A stretch of DNA of 64,000 nucleotides. It comes from Amphiscolops sp. MND2022 (lineage: Eukaryota). A program made the position numbers and the translations under genes. This document shows, in pieces, positions 61,401-64,000 of this stretch. Each line of letters begins with the position of its first letter. The stretch's first letter is position 1. The DNA lies in contig OZ076411.1 of NCBI GenBank assembly GCA_964187785.1, positions 81,344,001 to 81,408,000 of the forward strand, in the 5' to 3' direction. The notes beneath the pieces were generated by a model. That model was not told the DNA's origin. It was given only the letters and a program-made list of their open reading frames with translations, and did not search any database.

Positions 61401-63952
61401 AATGCGAATGCGAAACTTCGTCTACGCTTAATAGTTATATTTGCTTTAGTCCGAGAAGAATTAAAAGCGGTGTAAACTAGTGCGCTATAAAGAGTGATTA
61501 ATTGTGCGCTATATAAATGATTAAGATGTGCTTCTATTATTGAACATGAAAGCCTAAAAGCAGAAATAATACTGTGCCACGCAGGGGCCTATTTTGTGAA
61601 AAAAGATTTTCTTCAAGCTATCAATTGTTTGACTTCTAATGTTTTAAAATTAAATAATGACTTAATTTAGTTTTTGCAAGAAGGATAACTAAATTTTTCA
61701 TACTGTGTGGGTTTTACCAGTGGGGGTAACTGTGTGTTTTATACTGTGTGGGTAACAGTTGGAATGTTTCAATATTCATTTTGAAACTCGGTGTCATCTC
61801 AGACAAAATTTTGAATCTGGACAATTTATTAGTGGCCGCCAATCTGAATCGCCTAAGAATCGCTCAAAAATTCTGCGCGACCGCTATTTCCCTAATTAGC
61901 GATGTCAAACCTTTTTTGTGTCTTAAGCTTCGCCAGAATGTTTTTTGAAAGTAAAATCTGATTATGATGAGTAATACCGAAACTGCGTATTTGCCAATTG
62001 CCATTTTTTCTTGAATATAGGGTGCTGAGGGTTTCAGTTGTTTTTGCGTGTTCAGTATTTTAGTTGAGTCGTCAATCGAAGAAATACTGCATTTTCGAAT
62101 TGGGCAATTAGTGAATTTGTATATTGTTGAACTAACTGTTTCTCCCATTGCAGTTCCGAGGTCCATGCCAGGTGCACCCATGAGTCCTTTTTGTCCCGGC
62201 ACTCCAGGCACGCCCATAGGTCCTGGATATCCAGGGTTTCCCTTCTCACCTAAAATGATGTTCGAAATGCTTTCAAGATGAGTGGTGCCACATCGTAGAT
62301 CTTGTGTGGGTTTTTTCTACGACAAACTTTTAAAATTGAAACCCGATAGGACCTGAAAACAGAAACTATTGCTCATTACTGTGCCCAAAAGGTGCCTTTA
62401 CATTATCAGTGGATTTCGCTTCAAGGCATTACCGAATGAACCTTGAACATTGCACCTTATGATCAAAATGGGTTCAAATTTGAAGCCAAAACGTGTGGCA
62501 TTTTGTTTCAGGTTCTAATTTAACGAGTCATTAGACAGTTTCAAAACATCCCTTTCTGGCTGAATTTGTTGCATTTCAAGAAGTAACTGATTCAGTAAGC
62601 AATCATTTTCTGAATAATATCTTTTTTTCCTGAATAAAAGTATTTTCTCCTTATATCTTACTTAGAAACTTAATGAATATTGAAATCCCATTTGGTTACC
62701 TTGTGGTCCGACAAGCATCTTCTGAAAGTCGGGTTCGGCCGCTTCGCCCATAGTTCCTCGTTCCCCAACTGGCCCCATTGCCCCCATTATGCCCTAGAAC
62801 AGAAGAATTTCGTTTTTGCGAGTAGGGTTTTAACATCCGTAATTTTTTCTCGCTACTCCGATAAACTTTTTCAGCGAATCAGCGATTTTCTAAATTTCTG
62901 CAAAGTTTTTAGATAACTGAATCCAGATGTGTTCCCAACTGTAATGAGGACTTAATTTTTTGCTTGAGAAAAACGCCATGACTCTTAACCTTAACTTGGC
63001 CACTGTGCCAAATTTGGCACATTTAGTTTCTGCAAATTCTAAACGCACCAGCTGATTGTATGGTAAAGAAAACTCATGAATAGGATTTTCAGACGATATT
63101 GCATAGCATTCGGCGCCTTTTCACGGAATATTGACATAATGTCTCCGAAATCCAGAAAACGGGACCAAAAAATCGAATGAAAATTGAGTGCAGATTTTCC
63201 GTTTTTCCAGTTTTCGTTTGTGGCCCTTTTATCTCACTGGTATCAACATTGGGTCAAAGCGGCCCCATCTTCTTTTGAAACATGCTGAAAAGCAATCAGA
63301 GACACGAGGTGTGCAAAGTTTTGGCGCAAAGTCCGGAGCCAGTGCGGCAAAGCGGGTCCACAGCCCAGCCGTTTAAAAATTGATTTGAAAGCCCTGATGC
63401 TCCTCTTTCGAAAGCTCTATAAATCGTTTGTCGGACTTGAATAATTTAGATATTGCGGTTTAAAGTTTAAGCACCCGATTTTTGGATGGATCCAAAATTT
63501 TCCTGGTCAACTTAAGGTTAATAATTTGTAGGTTGTCTGAGGCAAAGAGTTGTTTTTTTTCGGATTGCGTTTTGAAACAGTTTTTTGCATATTTAAGCTT
63601 TTTATAGATTGCCGACATTTTATAAATTATAAGCATTTTATATATCAATGAAACTAAATATACCTTGATGTTTATGTTTCTGGTTTCTTATTTTCATCTA
63701 GAATTCAGTTCTCGCTGACTTGTACCGTTCCCGTTTTGTTAATTCACAGAGGTGCTTATTTGGCTTGTTTCATTAGTACTAACTTTCACGCCCGGGGGAC
63801 CAATGTATCCCACGTCTCCTGGCGCCCCCACCAGTCCCGGTGAACCCACACAACCGGGGGTTCCGCGCTCACCCATTTGTCCCCTCAGCCCCACAGGTCC
63901 CTCGTCTCCCCTCTCCCCCTTCCGAGGGGGTTGGCAGTCTTCACACGTGCCT
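46428..63952 (-). CDS. COL4A: Type IV collagen alpha chain, about 20 exons in the window, 5' end beyond it; NC1 exons 48383-48646, 47512-47637, 46428-46688
   Basis: Many interrupted Gly-X-Y exons plus a complete two-repeat NC1 domain ([43 protein letters not shown]). The alpha-chain paralogue is not assignable. Confidence 0.95.
48843..49107. mobile_element. Short GGAGTCG...CGACTCC element with TTTA TSD
   Basis: Contains the empty Gypsy target site TTCGACTACTTATGC. Confidence 0.75.
52440..53263. mobile_element. AACAAG-family element with GGTCCCCCCTTTCA internal repeats (collagen intron)
   Basis: Highly similar to 58260-58936; the left end is approximate. Confidence 0.65.
54042..56599 (+). 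CDS. HAUS7: HAUS7-like augmin subunit nested antisense in a collagen intron (exons 54042-54186, 55209-55602, 56158-56599; 326 aa)
   Basis: The splice phases close into one open frame. LLKQLKLP...[13 protein letters not shown] and [12 protein letters not shown]...LGP...AHQNF resemble human HAUS7 (KLKDLNCP...SPSEYRLEILEW; FLQVYDDELGEC...CGP...THQNL). Confidence 0.7.
54632..55092. mobile_element. Foldback MITE with ATGACATAAATGCAA arrays, core type 2
   Basis: Perfect 8-bp TSD GAAAAAAG and inverted TCCCAAATGACATAAATGCAAAT arms. Confidence 0.85.
57221..57299. repeat. Perfect palindrome, 39-bp arms with a 1-nt spacer
   Basis: AAATGAACCCTGATCAAGGATACGACATAAAATGATGCA-G-reverse complement. Confidence 0.95.
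58260..58936. mobile_element. AACAAG-family element (collagen intron)
   Basis: Paralogue of 52440-53263. Confidence 0.65.
62989..63517. mobile_element. piggyBac-like MITE
   Basis: TTAA TSD and CCTTAACTTGGCCA / TGGTCAACTTAAGG ends. Confidence 0.85.
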
Positions 63953-64000
63953 TTGCTCCCTAAATTTCACCGTCCAAATCTTTAGTGTAATTTGACAAAT

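Noticed and set aside
49700-63985. Many plus-strand Pro/Gly-rich ORFs
   Set aside because: They are antisense shadows of collagen Gly-X-Y exons.

Overview
This is an AT-rich, transposon-dense animal genomic window with spliceosomal introns and type IV collagen, and one N-gap at 7452-7648. The repeat families and orphan ORFs remind me of acoel flatworms; that is recollection only and is not testable here. The left half (1-31 kb) is almost all mobile or virus-like DNA. It holds a decayed, tightly packed virus-like gene array (exonuclease-like/PC4-like ORF plus an EGF-family ligand ORF), two related solo LTRs, LINE remnants and many MITEs. It also holds a Bel/Pao retroelement whose duplicated LTR-side block carries an antisense JmjC-dioxygenase ORF, and a full-length Ty3/Gypsy element with an extra SGNH-hydrolase ORF and an apparent self-priming site instead of a tRNA PBS. 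The right half holds host genes: GOT1/GOLT1B (+), NOXRED1-like (+), a type IV collagen chain (-, 5' end outside the window) and a HAUS7-like gene nested antisense in a collagen intron. The strongest novelty candidates are the JmjC-carrying Bel/Pao, the SGNH-carrying self-priming Gypsy, the virus-like EGF cassette and a collagen IV NC1 domain lacking both sulfilimine residues. All family assignments come from motif recognition by eye; no database search was run.
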